Assembly (NCBI GenBank): GCA_951406725.2
Contig: OX597818.1
Coordinates: forward strand, 8,060,001 to 8,124,000
DNA length: 64,000 nt
From: Octopus vulgaris
Lineage: Eukaryota
Direction: 5' to 3'
In this document: piece after piece, positions 28,256-40,563 of the stretch
Layout: every line of letters begins with the position of its first letter
How positions within the stretch are numbered: position 1 is the first letter of the stretch
Program-made: the position numbers and the translations under genes
Notes under the pieces: generated by a model
What the model saw: only the letters and a program-made list of their open reading frames with translations
Told to the model about the DNA's origin: nothing
The model's database searches: none

Positions 28256-28455
28256 CATGATAGATCGTTAGTCATCCCACACATTTTTTTCTCCCCGTGT
28301 TTCTCTGCTTGTTTTTTCTGTGTCCCTTTCTGCATTAGAGCGTAGGCTCGAAACGTAAAGGACTTTTTCTATTCCCGAGCGTTATACTAATACATCTGTT
28401 TGTTTTGTACACCACCTGCCTTCGTCTTTTGTTTTTTTCGTAAACTCTCCCTATT
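28255..28455 (+). mobile_element. Short (TA)n-associated repeat with hammerhead-like motif (probable Penelope-like pLTR relic)
   Basis: Homologous to 32330-32535; contains GAGCGTAGGCTCGAAACGT. Confidence 0.7.
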
Positions 28456-28496
28456 TATACGAATATATGTGTATATATGCATGGATATATATATAA

Positions 28497-28720
28497 AGGC
28501 AACAAGCTGGCAACATCATTAGTTCACTGGGAATATGCTTAGTAACATTTCTTCTCTGTTTATGTTTCAGAATTCAAGAACCACCAACGTTGAATTTACC
28601 GTCCATCATTTCAGGGTCAATAATATAAGTAACATTCAATTACTGGGCTCAATTTAATTGACTACCATCTCCTCCAATGACATTTGCAGGCCTTGTGCAT
28701 GTATAAGAAATGGTTATTAT
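28497..28720 (+). mobile_element. SINE family 2, old copy
   Basis: AAGGCAACAAGCTGGCAACATCATTAG head; GCAGGCCTTGTGCATGTATAAGAAA tail. Confidence 0.7.
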
Positions 28721-29177
28721 AGGAACGCCAAAGGTGAATTGTAGATATTTGCATGAATTGTTTAATGTAATTATATAATATGCTGAGACACACTCCCTTT
28801 TATTTTGGGACAAAATTTGTAAAATATGTATGTGGAAACTTGTGAAATATCTTAAATTCCATGTTCAGCGAAAAACATGAAATTACTCTGAATGTAAGAT
28901 GCCCTGAAATAGGAATACAAACGAAATAAGACACGATTCACATAAATCGGACCATGAGGTTTTTTTCCGGTACTTTGAGCGATTGGTGACCCAACGGTTC
29001 ACGGGTAGTCTAGTCAGTCCTAAAATTAAAACGACCGACTTGAGTAATCTTATACATGAGTTACAGTGATGTACCAAAGGTATTATATACTGAAAAGTAT
29101 TGGAACATATAGTATTGTCATATTCTCTTCTGTATATCAGATAATGAGGCAGTTTTTATATGCTAACAGACAAAAGT

Positions 29178-29391
29178 AGGTGCAGTCGTGGCTGTGTAGT
29201 AAGAAGTATGCTTTCAAACCACATGTTTCCGGGTTCAGTCCCACTGCGTGCGTGGCACCTTGATTAAGTGCGTTCTACTATAGTCTCAGACCGACCAAAG
29301 ACTTGTGAGTAGATTTGGTAGGCGGAAACTGAAAGATGCCCGTCATATATACGTATATCTGCATATATATGTGTGTGTGCATATATATGTG

Positions 29392-29436
<45 letters not shown>

Positions 29437-29611
29437 TTATGTATATATTTGTGTGTTTGTGTTTAGCCTTCCACCATCGCTTGGCAACCGATATTGTGTT
29501 TATGTCCCCGTAAATTAGCGGCTCAGCAAAAGAGACTGATAAATTAAGTACTAGAGTTACAAAGAATAAATCCTGGGCGCGATTCGTTCGACTAAAGGCG
29601 GTGCTCCCGCA
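29178..29611 (+). mobile_element. SINE family 3 with internal (TA)/(TG) tract and 3' module
   Basis: A-box-like GTGGCTGTGTAGT, B-box-like GGTTCAGTCCC; 3' module ends CTAAAGGCGGTGCTCCCGCAT. Confidence 0.85.
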
Positions 29612-30404
29612 TAAGAATTGGCGAATAACATTTCTATATCTGATAATTCATATCAATGATAATTATTTTTGGTAAACAGAAATACTCTATATGTTAATAC
29701 AATCTTTAGTAGCATACAAGCAACGCAATAAACTTCATATTGCACTGTTACAGCAAAGATGCATGTAGTAAGTGTGCTAAATATAAGTGAATAATATTCG
29801 CTTCTAAAATTATCACTACAACACTAAAGTGTGGAAAGCATATAAAAGTTTAAAAATCAACTAGAAATATACAAATATTCGTTCGAGATCTCGCCGTGTA
29901 TCGATTGGCAGATATAAGCACCAATCAGCAAACAATTTCTTCGCTGAAATTATAAACAACCAGCGACTTGGTTTAGATTCGGATTCCCTGTTGCTTCTGG
30001 TTGACGTGACACAAGAGACCTAGAATGCTGTGCAACAATAAGCTGAGTGTGTTCAAGTCATTGTATTTGTAAAGAAGTTAATTTATTCTTGCATAGCGCA
30101 TATTTTGAGTTTGAACCTGTCCAGATATGTTGGGAATAAAAGCGAATATATTGGTTCATAAGGATCGACTATTTGGAGGATAGTAATCTTGTAGTTGAAG
30201 CAATGTTCTGTTTCCACTTTCACTTTTAATAAGATAGAAATAATGACTCAACTTCATCATTAAATAATTATTCTTATTACTATTGACAAATATATTCCTC
30301 TCAGTCCATAAACATTTCTGATCCATGTATGTATTTATGTATGTATGTATGTATGTATGCATTCATGCATGCCTGTCTGTCTTCTGTATGTATGTGTGTG
30401 TGTG

Positions 30405-30600
30405 CACGTGTCTTTGTGCTGGGGTTTGTCCACCACCACCGCTTGACAACCGGTGTTGACTTGATTAACGCTTTTGTAACCTAGCGATTCCAAAAAACGG
30501 AACTATAGAATAGGTACAGGTTTATGAACTAATACGTACTGAGGTTGATTTGTGCAATTGAACTCTCTAGGGAGGGTGCCTCAGCATGACTGCATTCGGA
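30405..30600 (+). mobile_element. 3' module of SINE family 3
   Basis: CCACCGCTTGACAACCGGTGTTG; similar to 29470-29610 and 33610-33790. Confidence 0.7.
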
Positions 30601-32040
30601 TTGGTTCAGTTTGGCTGCCACTTCTCGATAATGAGATTCATTTTTACAACTGAACTATTCAGACTGATTTCATTTCAGGTGTAAAGGTGTAGTTTAGTAT
30701 GCTAATCATTGACATGAAAGTCATTTTCGCCATAAATCAACAAATAAAAAGCTTTTAAAATTTGCAAATTTTGCGTAATTTTAGTCAATTGTAAGCAGCA
30801 GACGCATTCCTACCTGTTTCCAGAGTAACAAGCCAAGCAGCTTATTCATGCAGTCGCACTTCGCTTATTAAATAGTGGTTGTGAGATGTGCTAAAAATAG
30901 GCGTTAAATCACCTTCCAACTTTTTTGGTGGGTGGGGTGCATAATTATAAGAATTCCCGTGTGTAGAATACAAATTCACAAAATATTTCTAAAAATTCCG
31001 TAGAAAAAAGTTTTGAAGTGTTATATGGCGTGTGCAAAGCAGAATTCCGCCAATATGTCATTTGTTTATAGTTTACAACACATGCTGTCTCGCATTATAC
31101 TTCTTTCAGTCCTGTTGTCTTTGTCGCTTCTACAACCGATTGTTACCATGCTATCCTATGTAAAATGCGGGTGTGACCAATAGCAATGCGTCACAATATT
31201 ACAAATGATCCTCTTCTTCAACTCGATCTAATCATGTTACAGTTAACAAACTGGTAGTCGCTAGACGATTTCAGACTCATACTTAAATTTGAATCATTGG
31301 TAATTCTTTTCTCAAGTGGAAGATCTTGCCTACTGCCACAAGTATTGTACAAAAACAAAAAGACTCCTTTCTTGGGACATTAGTGGCAAAGATGTAATAG
31401 AATTTGCCTTCAGCAAGGCATGACGACCAGGTCACACACGTTGGGTTCACTTTAAGTATACTTCTTACTTTTTGATACTCAACAGCTGTGTCTAGTTTTC
31501 AATAATAAAAACAGAAGACAGAGATATCTAGACTCAAATGGCTTTGAAGAAATAGAAAACTTCTAACAAATAACATGAAACGAATAAGGAAAGAAGAGTA
31601 ACAGGAATAAAATTTTAAAATATTCTGAGGTGTGTTGGACTTACTCGTAAGTGGTAATGGTAATTGATTTGAATGAGATCTTAAAGAATATTTTCACAAG
31701 AAAACATCAATGTGATGTTCTAAGTCTTCAAATGCCAAGCCTATGAAGGTTGATTGTAATCTCACAGCAACATTTTTATGCTATCAGAAAAAGAGAGAAG
31801 GTTTTGATCCATGAAAACACAAAATCACTTTAGAAATGAATTTAAAATTTGGAAGTATACTGTAACAAAACTGCCCTATAAGCAAAGCACTAATACACTT
31901 ATATACTTACATACACACACATACATACATACATACAAATATATATATACAAATATATATATATAAACATATATATATATATGTATATATATATATATGT
32001 ATATATATACACACACCCTTATACATACTAATACTACTAA

Positions 32041-32226
32041 TACATACTAATACATACACCAACCCTATACATACACACGTCCAGACCTCTCATACGCACT
32101 AATACTCTCTCATACACACACACACACACACACTTATACATACTAATACATACACCAACCCTATACATACACACGTCCAGATCTCTCATACGCACTAATA
32201 CTCTCTCATACACACACACACACACC
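32041..32226. repeat. Tandem duplication, two units of ~96 bp
   Basis: TACATACTAATACATACACCAACCCTATACATACACACGTCCAGA.CTCTCATACGCACTAATACTCTCTCATA(CA)n occurs twice. Confidence 0.92.
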
Positions 32227-32329
32227 CCCCTTATGTTGGAGCTGGTCACTCAACCATATTATCTCCCCTAATTTCGCTCTCGCGTCTCATGTTTGATCTT
32301 TGACTTCTGGCCGAAATCAGATCGCCATG

Positions 32330-32532
32330 TTGGTTCGTTAGTTACTGCACGCATTTTTTTTCTGTCCTTCTTTCTGTGTTTTTTTTCTCTCTGTGTATCT
32401 TTCTGTTGAAGAGCGTAGGCTCGAAACGTTAAAGACTTGTTTTATTTATATTTCCTGAGCGCCATACTAATACAATTGTTTGTTTGTTTTCCACCTGCCT
32501 TCGTCTTTTGTCTATTTTCATAAAGCTTCCCG

Positions 32533-32535
<3 letters not shown>
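32330..32535 (+). mobile_element. Short repeat with minimal hammerhead-like motif, followed by (TA)n (probable Penelope-like pLTR relic)
   Basis: TCTTT-CTGTTGA-A-GAGC-GTAG-GCTC-GAAA-CGTT-AAAGA at 32398-32435. Confidence 0.72.
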
Positions 32536-32565
<30 letters not shown>

Positions 32566-32569
<4 letters not shown>

Positions 32570-32951
32570 TTAAGGGTAGAAATCAATATTTATCAATTAA
32601 AACCAGTGGTCTAGCATATTAAAAAAAGAATCCGAAGATTAAATATTAATAGATACCAATTAAGGACTGAACACGAAAAGTGGACAGTCAACATGCTAAA
32701 TATAGACGTCAAATCGCCATTCTCCACAAAAGCTTATGTTCTCAAATAATGGCTACAGGTATCCTTGCGGATAATAATAGCCGAAACTGAATCAGTACAT
32801 GGATAAGTATTGTATTTCGTATATTTTCACTTGTTTATTGCTTGGGTTTGTGATGAGTTTGATTTGAGAACATAATCTTTTGTGGAGAATGGCGATTTGA
32901 CGTCTATATTTAGCATGTTGACTGTCCACTTTTCGTGTTCAGTCCTTAATT

Positions 32952-32956
<5 letters not shown>
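32566..32956. mobile_element. (TA)n-flanked element with a near-perfect 95-bp inverted repeat
   Basis: 32653-32747 is the reverse complement of 32862-32956 with one mismatch. Confidence 0.85.
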
Positions 32957-33003
<47 letters not shown>

Positions 33004-33024
33004 TTCGTACACATATACATACAC

Positions 33025-33078
<54 letters not shown>

Positions 33079-33097
33079 GTACACATATACATACACG

Positions 33098-33157
<60 letters not shown>

Positions 33158-33489
33158 CGCACATACATACATATCACACATCATACACACACGCGCACAC
33201 GGAAGTACTTAAAAGTTCGCATCCATTTTCTCTGCGACACTCCTTGGCTGTCTGAAAAACTGATTTAATATCAGAGCAGAGCCCAATCTAGATCGACTAG
33301 TCCTAGGGAAAAAAAGTGTTGTTCCAATTATAATCATCTTGCCATCAGGAATTACGTTTTTAGGGATTTCTCTTCCTCTATTTGAACGAGGATTAGGGGA
33401 TCATTTGAGGGAGATTTGATTACAAACATTGGCAGACCAACTCTGGTGGCTTTGGGGCTATTGTTGACATAACGAATATATAACGAATA

Positions 33490-33800
33490 GGCGCAAGCGT
33501 GGCTGTGTGGTGAGAAGTTTGCTTCACAAACACATGGGTCCGGTGAGTACATTTGGTAGACGGAATCTAAAAGAAGCTCATCATATATGTATCTGTGTGT
33601 GTGTTGTCCCTCCCACCGCTTGACAACTGGTGTTGGTGTGTCTATCTTCCCTAACTTAGCAGTTCGGCAAAAAGGTCAATAAAATATGCACCTGGCTGGA
33701 AAAAAATATAAGTACTGCTGTCGATTTTTTAAAACTAAAGGTTTTCAAGGCTGAGACCCAACATGGCCTCAATCTAATGACAGAAACAAGTAAAACAGAT
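33490..33800 (+). mobile_element. SINE family 3, internally deleted
   Basis: GGCGCAAGCGTGGCTGTGTGGTGAGAAG head; tail CAACATGGCCTCAATCTAATGACAGAAACAAGTAAAA. Confidence 0.82.
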
Positions 33801-33987
33801 AAAGAATTAAAAAAATCAGAAGGGAAAATAATTTTGAAATTTGGTACGGTGAGTTATATATTCAAATAAGTATTGTTTTGCACGGAAGTACACCGATGTG
33901 TCACTAAGTGTCACTTAAACGTAAATAATTATTAACAGAAATAGCAATCAACAAACCTGCGCAATACAAGTGGCATGTTGATGTTTG

Positions 33988-34120
33988 CTCACTACTCCTG
34001 CTCATGATAAGAGATGAACATATTGGCAGCCTCTAAGGGGCATGCTAAAGTGCATAAGGTCAAGCTACTGACAAGCAAATCTGTGGCATTGAGCAGAATA
34101 TTCACTATGACGATATCTTT
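33988..34120 (-). mobile_element. Internal fragment of the non-coding (TAA)n-associated element
   Basis: CACTACTCCTGCTCATGAT...GACAAGCAAATCTGTGGCATTGAGCAGAATATT matches 18448-18560. Confidence 0.8.
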
Positions 34121-36114
34121 GATGAATCTGTCTGAAATGTAATGGAAAATAGGTAAGTTTCAAAACATTGATGTACAGATCAAAAAACAAAATCATTTTC
34201 TCTGATTTCTAGATAGAAGCAAATAGGAAATAACATTTACCAACCAAAGACATAAACAATGAAAATTTTATGAAATAGTGTAATTTTTATCTAAAAATAG
34301 CTTAATTAATTTGGATGTGTTTCATTTGGAAAAATTTTATGCCCCTAAGTTAACCAGTCTCATTGGTTAACCATACTGCATTCTTAGTGGAATCTAGGAT
34401 ATTAGACACAAAATGTTCTTTTAATGTTCAATTCGGTGCAGTAATTCGGGTAATGTTTGTCTCCTCTTTCTCGCAGTTAGTTACCAATTAGAGGCTCTTG
34501 TATTGACCCATTGTTTATAATGATGACAATGATTGTAAGTAGAGAATCGTGGTTGTGACGATGCTGAAAATGAGGTGTATGAAGCGAGAGGGAGGAGGAG
34601 GGAAGGTGAAAGGGAGAATAAAGTGGATGGATAAGGGTGGGTAGATAAGGCTAGGAAGAAGGTATAAAATATGGGGATTTGAATTGGAGAGAAATTGGTC
34701 AAAATATATTAAGAAAGAGCTAAAATAGAATATTTGTGTAAAGTTTATAAACAATTAATGCTGTAGCATTTACTGGTGTTTTGCATTAATGAATGAGTAT
34801 ATCTCGAGAGGGCATACAGTTTTTCAGATTACAACTATATAACCTCACACTATGTAGCGAATATGGGACTAACATACGTCTTTTCAAACAATTCTTTTGA
34901 GAAGAAGGATTTTAAGGTGTAGACGCCAAGTTTTATTCAAAAAAAAGGTCAATGGTTAAATGTATGTTAGTTTCAAATTTTTGTACGGATATTTAATTAT
35001 GCAATGGTAGGAAATGTAAAGTTATCAAACGTTACAAAAATTCATTTCTTGCAAATAACATTTCAAATTCGTATGATATCCATAACTTTGTCAGGAACAT
35101 TAATACCGTAAACGAAATGATTTAATTTAATAATATAAATGAAATCTCATCCTGATCACTAGCTTCTAAAATTAGTACAAAGCCAGTACTCTGTAGTGAC
35201 TCCACCAATCTGTGAATGTGCGGTAATTAATTTTATCAAACAAAGAGGAAGATAAACTAGATTTGAACTGAAGACATAAAGATCAGTTGCTGAAAATTAC
35301 AAAGCATTTTGTGTAATGCTCTACAACTTCTGGTACATAGTATGATGGAAGTAACCAATATATTCTTTTCCTCAATGTGGTATATTTGAAGACTGAGATT
35401 TGAGATTGCTTGTACAAAATATATTTCAGTATTTTAAGTTAATTTTATTCTATGGCTTCCATTATCACTTATAAGGCTTCTCGTGATAAAATAAATGTAT
35501 GTCAGAATATGAAGGCATTACAAATAAACGGAATGAATTGACTCGGCTTCTTTCAAGTCTGTTACAGTGTGTATATGCGTAACTTAGTTTGTGATTCTCT
35601 CAATAGTTTCAGAATTTTTAATCACTTTGCTAATTTGTGTATCAAGTTACCTTCCATGTTTTCTATTTGCTAACCAAAGAACTTTGAACTATAATATTGG
35701 AAAATTTTATAGAGCTTCAGCTTTTTCCTTTTTATAATATTTATAACTTAGCACAGGTAGAAACTTGTCAGTGATGTTTATGTAATTTTATCATGATTTA
35801 TATTTGTAGCCAATGTCGTTTCAATTGAGTGCTTGGTTGAATATATGTGTATACTGATACAAATATAGCAAAATTGCTAAAACGATTGATTTTCAACAAT
35901 TCTGATTCTCTATTTTGATTATGTACCTTTTAGCAGTGGCACGGGCTGATTTGAAACTTTAAATAGAAGATGAGATGTACTGCATTTGTAAGTGAAAGTC
36001 AAGTTCCGTTTATCAAAAGAATCGCTGATATTTTCTCGCACTTACAGAATAATAGAATGAACATTGATGGAATAAGTGGAACATTCATGGCCGTAATCAA
36101 TGCGAAATCAATTC

Positions 36115-36310
36115 ATAACAATTATCTCTAATGTAGGCACAGTGCCTGGTATTCTATTATATTGATCCCAGTATTTCACTGGTATTTTGATTTTAGACCG
36201 ACAGGAAGAAAAGCAAAGTTGACATAGGTGGGATTTGAACTCACAAAGTAAAGAGTGGGAAAATGCCACTAAGCATCTTATCCTATATACTAAATGTTCA
36301 GCCAACGCAT
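36115..36310 (-). mobile_element. SINE family 2, old copy
   Basis: Minus strand GAGTTCAAATCCCACCTATGTCAACTTTGCTTTTCTTCCTGTCGG. Confidence 0.7.
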
Positions 36311-36479
36311 GTATGCATTAACTTTCAAATTTTTGATATATCCATATATGAATATTCAATTTCGGTCTTTTATGAGGTTATCTTCACGCATGCAAAATAT
36401 TTCACTTACTACACAGAAAAAAATGGAAATTAGCTTTGTTGAAATACATTTTATGAAATACAGGAGGCAGAAGTTGTGA

Positions 36480-38050
36480 TGAGGCAAAGGCTTGATGGTC
36501 TCCACTCGCTGGAAGTGCAACGGTCTTATCTTTCCCGATGTAGTTAACACTGCATGGCAAATGACTCGCATTTTCGGCAGGGACTCACTGAAAATTACTT
36601 TCATTACTGCATTCATAACAACACTTTCTTGAGGGCGCTCCTCGCATCCACTCTACTTGCCACATTATGGTGCGGCTGAGCATCGCGTAGAATGATAGAT
36701 TTGTGAGCCATGGTTGTAAATTAGCTTAAGTGAAAGAGCCGATAAACTTCTAAAGTCATTCTTCTTGGAGTGAAAATTTCCGCCATAATACCTACGGCAT
36801 ATGGAAGCTGTTATCACCATTCCGCTTCAGGCTATGGCAGAAAAACATACAGTGGAAAGAGTGGGAACGGTACTAAGCACACCGAACGTAAATAAAAAAC
36901 TTTAAAATCTGAAGTCATTACACAAACAGAAGGACACGCTTCCGTTATCGATTCTCCTCTCTAACCTTGAAGCGACAGGAGGGAAAGTGTGTGACAATGG
37001 TAAATATGAGATTAAACTGCAAGCAGTAGTACTGATCATACAATCAGACGATTCAGGTGTATAAGTGGTCCAGTTTTAGCTCAGTGAGAATGTTATAAGC
37101 AGACGGCACTCTGAACGACCAAGTAGCCATCTCGAAGCAACCTCATTGCTTTCACATGATGTAAACTCAAAAAATGTTGGCCCAAAGAAGCTCGAGCGAT
37201 AGGTATACAAAATATGTTTATATAAAAGCACCGAACACTTTCAAATTATGTCAGAAATATGCAGAAACTATGGATCACACGCGGATATATCAGGATTAAG
37301 CTTCAAACATGAAGACTAATCGAATAGAACTGGTTGCTCATGAATTTTCGCGATTGAATGTTGATATCATCGTTTTCTCATGGCACTCAGTTCCAAGAAT
37401 GCAACTTTCAAGAACACTGCTCTAAGTTGCACACTGAACAGGTCATCTGTACGCATTTTATAATTTGAGTGAAGTATCCATTTACGATTCTCAAAGTTGA
37501 TATTTCCAGTTTTTTAGTATATCTCGTGGAAAAGGATGATATTCATTCCAATTTGTGTACTGAACAGTCCTGAATAAGATAAAATCATCTTCCGCGATGT
37601 TTTCATTGCCAGAGTAAGAAAATGTTGTAATGGTGTGTTTGATAAACATAGTGCTTTAAGCTGTAGAGAAATTTTGTTAGCGATTGGGATGTATTCAAAT
37701 TGGTGGCTGAGACTAGCATCACGGCTAGGCTGTTAAAAGTCGCATATGACAAACCCATCATTCTACCCGATGCTCAGTCGCACCATCATGTGACAAGCAG
37801 GGTGGAAACGAAGAGCATCCTAATGAAGTTATTGCTACAAATGTAATCTAATTATTTCCAGTTAGTCCCTGCCGTGAATGCCAGTCAGTTGTCATGCTGT
37901 ATTTACTACATCGGAGAGGTAAAATCGTTTATTGCCCTTGTACTGCTAGCACAAATAAGGAAGCTGTTATCACCGTTTCACCTTGTTAGGCTATAACAGA
38001 TTAACATGGGACCAGTACTGAGCAAACCGTACATACGAACCTGCACTAAT
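36480..38050 (+). mobile_element. Rearranged RTE-type LINE 5' region relics (two partial copies) with endonuclease N-terminus
   Basis: ELVAHEFSRLNVDIIVFS at 37327-37380 resembles RTE 'LVARELARYNIDIAALSE'; 36520-36750 is inverted relative to 37720-37930, while 36805-36890 is direct with 37961-38035. Confidence 0.6.
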
Positions 38051-40324
38051 ATTTCATAAACAGTATCGAAATGAACACAATTTACAAGATTCTTCTGTAT
38101 CCCGCATTTTCAGAGATGGTTATATGTAACAAACATAAAACAGACCATAATAACAGAAAAAGGGCTCCAGCCAAAAATAAAATAAAATGTACAAGCACAA
38201 TTCCTTTCTGAGAAACTCTCAGCGGCTGTCATATTAACAATCATCATGGGTCTATTTGAGCCCACAAAAGCAAAAGTGAGTTATCTTTCATTCGTGTCAA
38301 TTCGTTTCAGAACTCATGCGAAACTAATATAAAGATCTAGAGAAGATACAGAAGGATAACCGAGGCACAGCGCCGACATAGAACAGCATTTTAGATGAAG
38401 GTTCTGCAGATGAGTTTTATTCTTCTGTATTGGTCACCTGAATCATCAGTGACCCACAATCTACGTGGACAGACCCACCCAGACTCCTTCGTAAATCTAT
38501 TTTCTTTGCGAATTCAATACATAATAATGATGATAATATATGCCAAATCTTGCAGATGTATTTGTTTTCATGTCATTTAGTTAAGCAATTGTTTTAAAAA
38601 TTTATATTTAAACAAATGGTTGAGGACGTCAATTGAATGCAGCTTGGAATACGACTAGCGGAAAATTGCGTTGGATGACAACGTATACTATCAGGAGTGA
38701 ACCGTGGATATGAAAAACCTTTTAGTTTGGGATACACTTCCATATAGATTTTATATAAAGAGACACGATCACAAAAATAGCCATTTCAGTTAGATGTGCA
38801 TTTGAGTTGATGAGAAGTAGGGATGTACAGATTGGCTAGGAATGTATTCTTTGTGTGAACTGAGACATACCTGAATATATCGTTGGTATTCTACATATTT
38901 GTAGCAAGGTGTCAGTTATTGTCATGGTCGGCGTGTTACTTAAGAAATGGTACGGTAAGTTGCATTCCCGTTTTGTCATTTTTAAATTTCTGTAACACTT
39001 TCTTCAACTGCATACTGATATGCAAACATGAAATCATACACGTGAAATGTAATAAACATCTTTGTCTAGCAACAGAATATATAAACGGATTTACTTCTTA
39101 TCTAAAATATGTAGTTTCATTTATATCAGTATAATATTTCACCTAATATTGGCTACAGCATGTTTTGATATATTTATTAATACATGATAACATACGATGC
39201 TATGCATGCGTTTGTTTATTGAAATGCCTAAGCATTTACAAATATAAAAGAATATGTACTCACACACGCGCGTATATGTGTATATGTATTCAGTTGCATA
39301 CTCATACAAATAATTATATATTCACATAAACATTTATACAACTGCTTATGATGGCGACAATCTTAAAACGGAAAACATAAAACAACGTAACCACGCCGAG
39401 AGATATTGAGAATATCAGATTAACCTGAATTGTAGACTTCACCATTTCACTTGAAAGTCCTTTGAAAGCATAGCACAAAATAATGTTATTGATTTGTATT
39501 GATTAAGATGTTGGCGAGACGGACGAGAAAAAGTAGTTGAATACCACAGTATGGTCACTCTATGCAAGAGTGACTAACCAGCAAATTTCTCATGCTTAAC
39601 ATGCAGCTTATCATTTTCCTCATCAACTAGTTTTGTTCTTTGTTTATTATGTTATTTTGTTTGAAATTCTGAATTCTGTGTTTGGTTTTAATTATAGAGA
39701 AGGGAAAAATCAAAAGGAATTAATAAATTGTTATGAGAATTTCATTGAATGTTTACAGTGAGCATAAAGAAGAAAACAATTAACAGCAATTGCAAACAGA
39801 GTAAGGCAATTTGCATCATGTACATAATTTAAGGCTGGATCTAACTCTAAATTACAAATTACTGTTTTGAACTGAGTTAACTATTAAAGATGGGGTAAAT
39901 TCCGAATTAAGAAAAAAAATGGTATCGGAATTTTCGAGGTTGCACTTTGCCTCCCACTATTTATAGTTAACTCCTTTCCTTCTTGTTACTAGAACACGAG
40001 CTTCGTATTTTACCTGCCATGAGTCATGCCAATTACTATATTTCCTCTCAAAATCTGTCTCCTACACTCTTCCACGTGGCAACCCACACACCTCTGACAC
40101 TCTAATCTTCTTTACCAACTCTCACTTCACTTCAATCATTCAACTTGCTTTATCATTTGACTCGCTCAAAACCACTAGACACAGCAACGCATTCCTCTCT
40201 TTCCCTCATGCTTTGTCGTGAGTGTTATGTAAATTACATTTCTTTTCCTTCAAGACATTTGAATTTATAGAAACCGACTCTGAAATTTCGTGTCAAGTAT
40301 AAAAGATGATAAACATAACATTGT

Positions 40325-40563
40325 GGAGGCGCAATGGCCTAGTGGTTAGGGCAGCGGACTTGCGGTCGGAGGATCGCGGTTTCGATTCCCAGACCGGGCG
40401 TTGTGTGTGTTTATTGAGCGAAAAAACACCTAAAAGCTCCACGAGGCTCCGGCAGGAGGTGGTGATCCCTGCTGTACTCTTTCACCACTCTAAAGGCGGT
40501 GCTCCAGCATGGCCGCAGTCAAATGACTGAAACAAGTACAAAAAAAAAAAAAAAAAAAAAAAA
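40325..40563 (+). mobile_element. Young tRNA-derived SINE with poly(A) tail
   Basis: A box TGGCCTAGTGG, B box GTTTCGATTCC, CpG-rich, tail GACTGAAACAAGTAC followed by an A run. Confidence 0.9.

Noticed and set aside
40325-40400. Possible tRNA gene (also 63899-63965)
   Set aside because: A/B boxes present but no acceptor stem; continues into a SINE body
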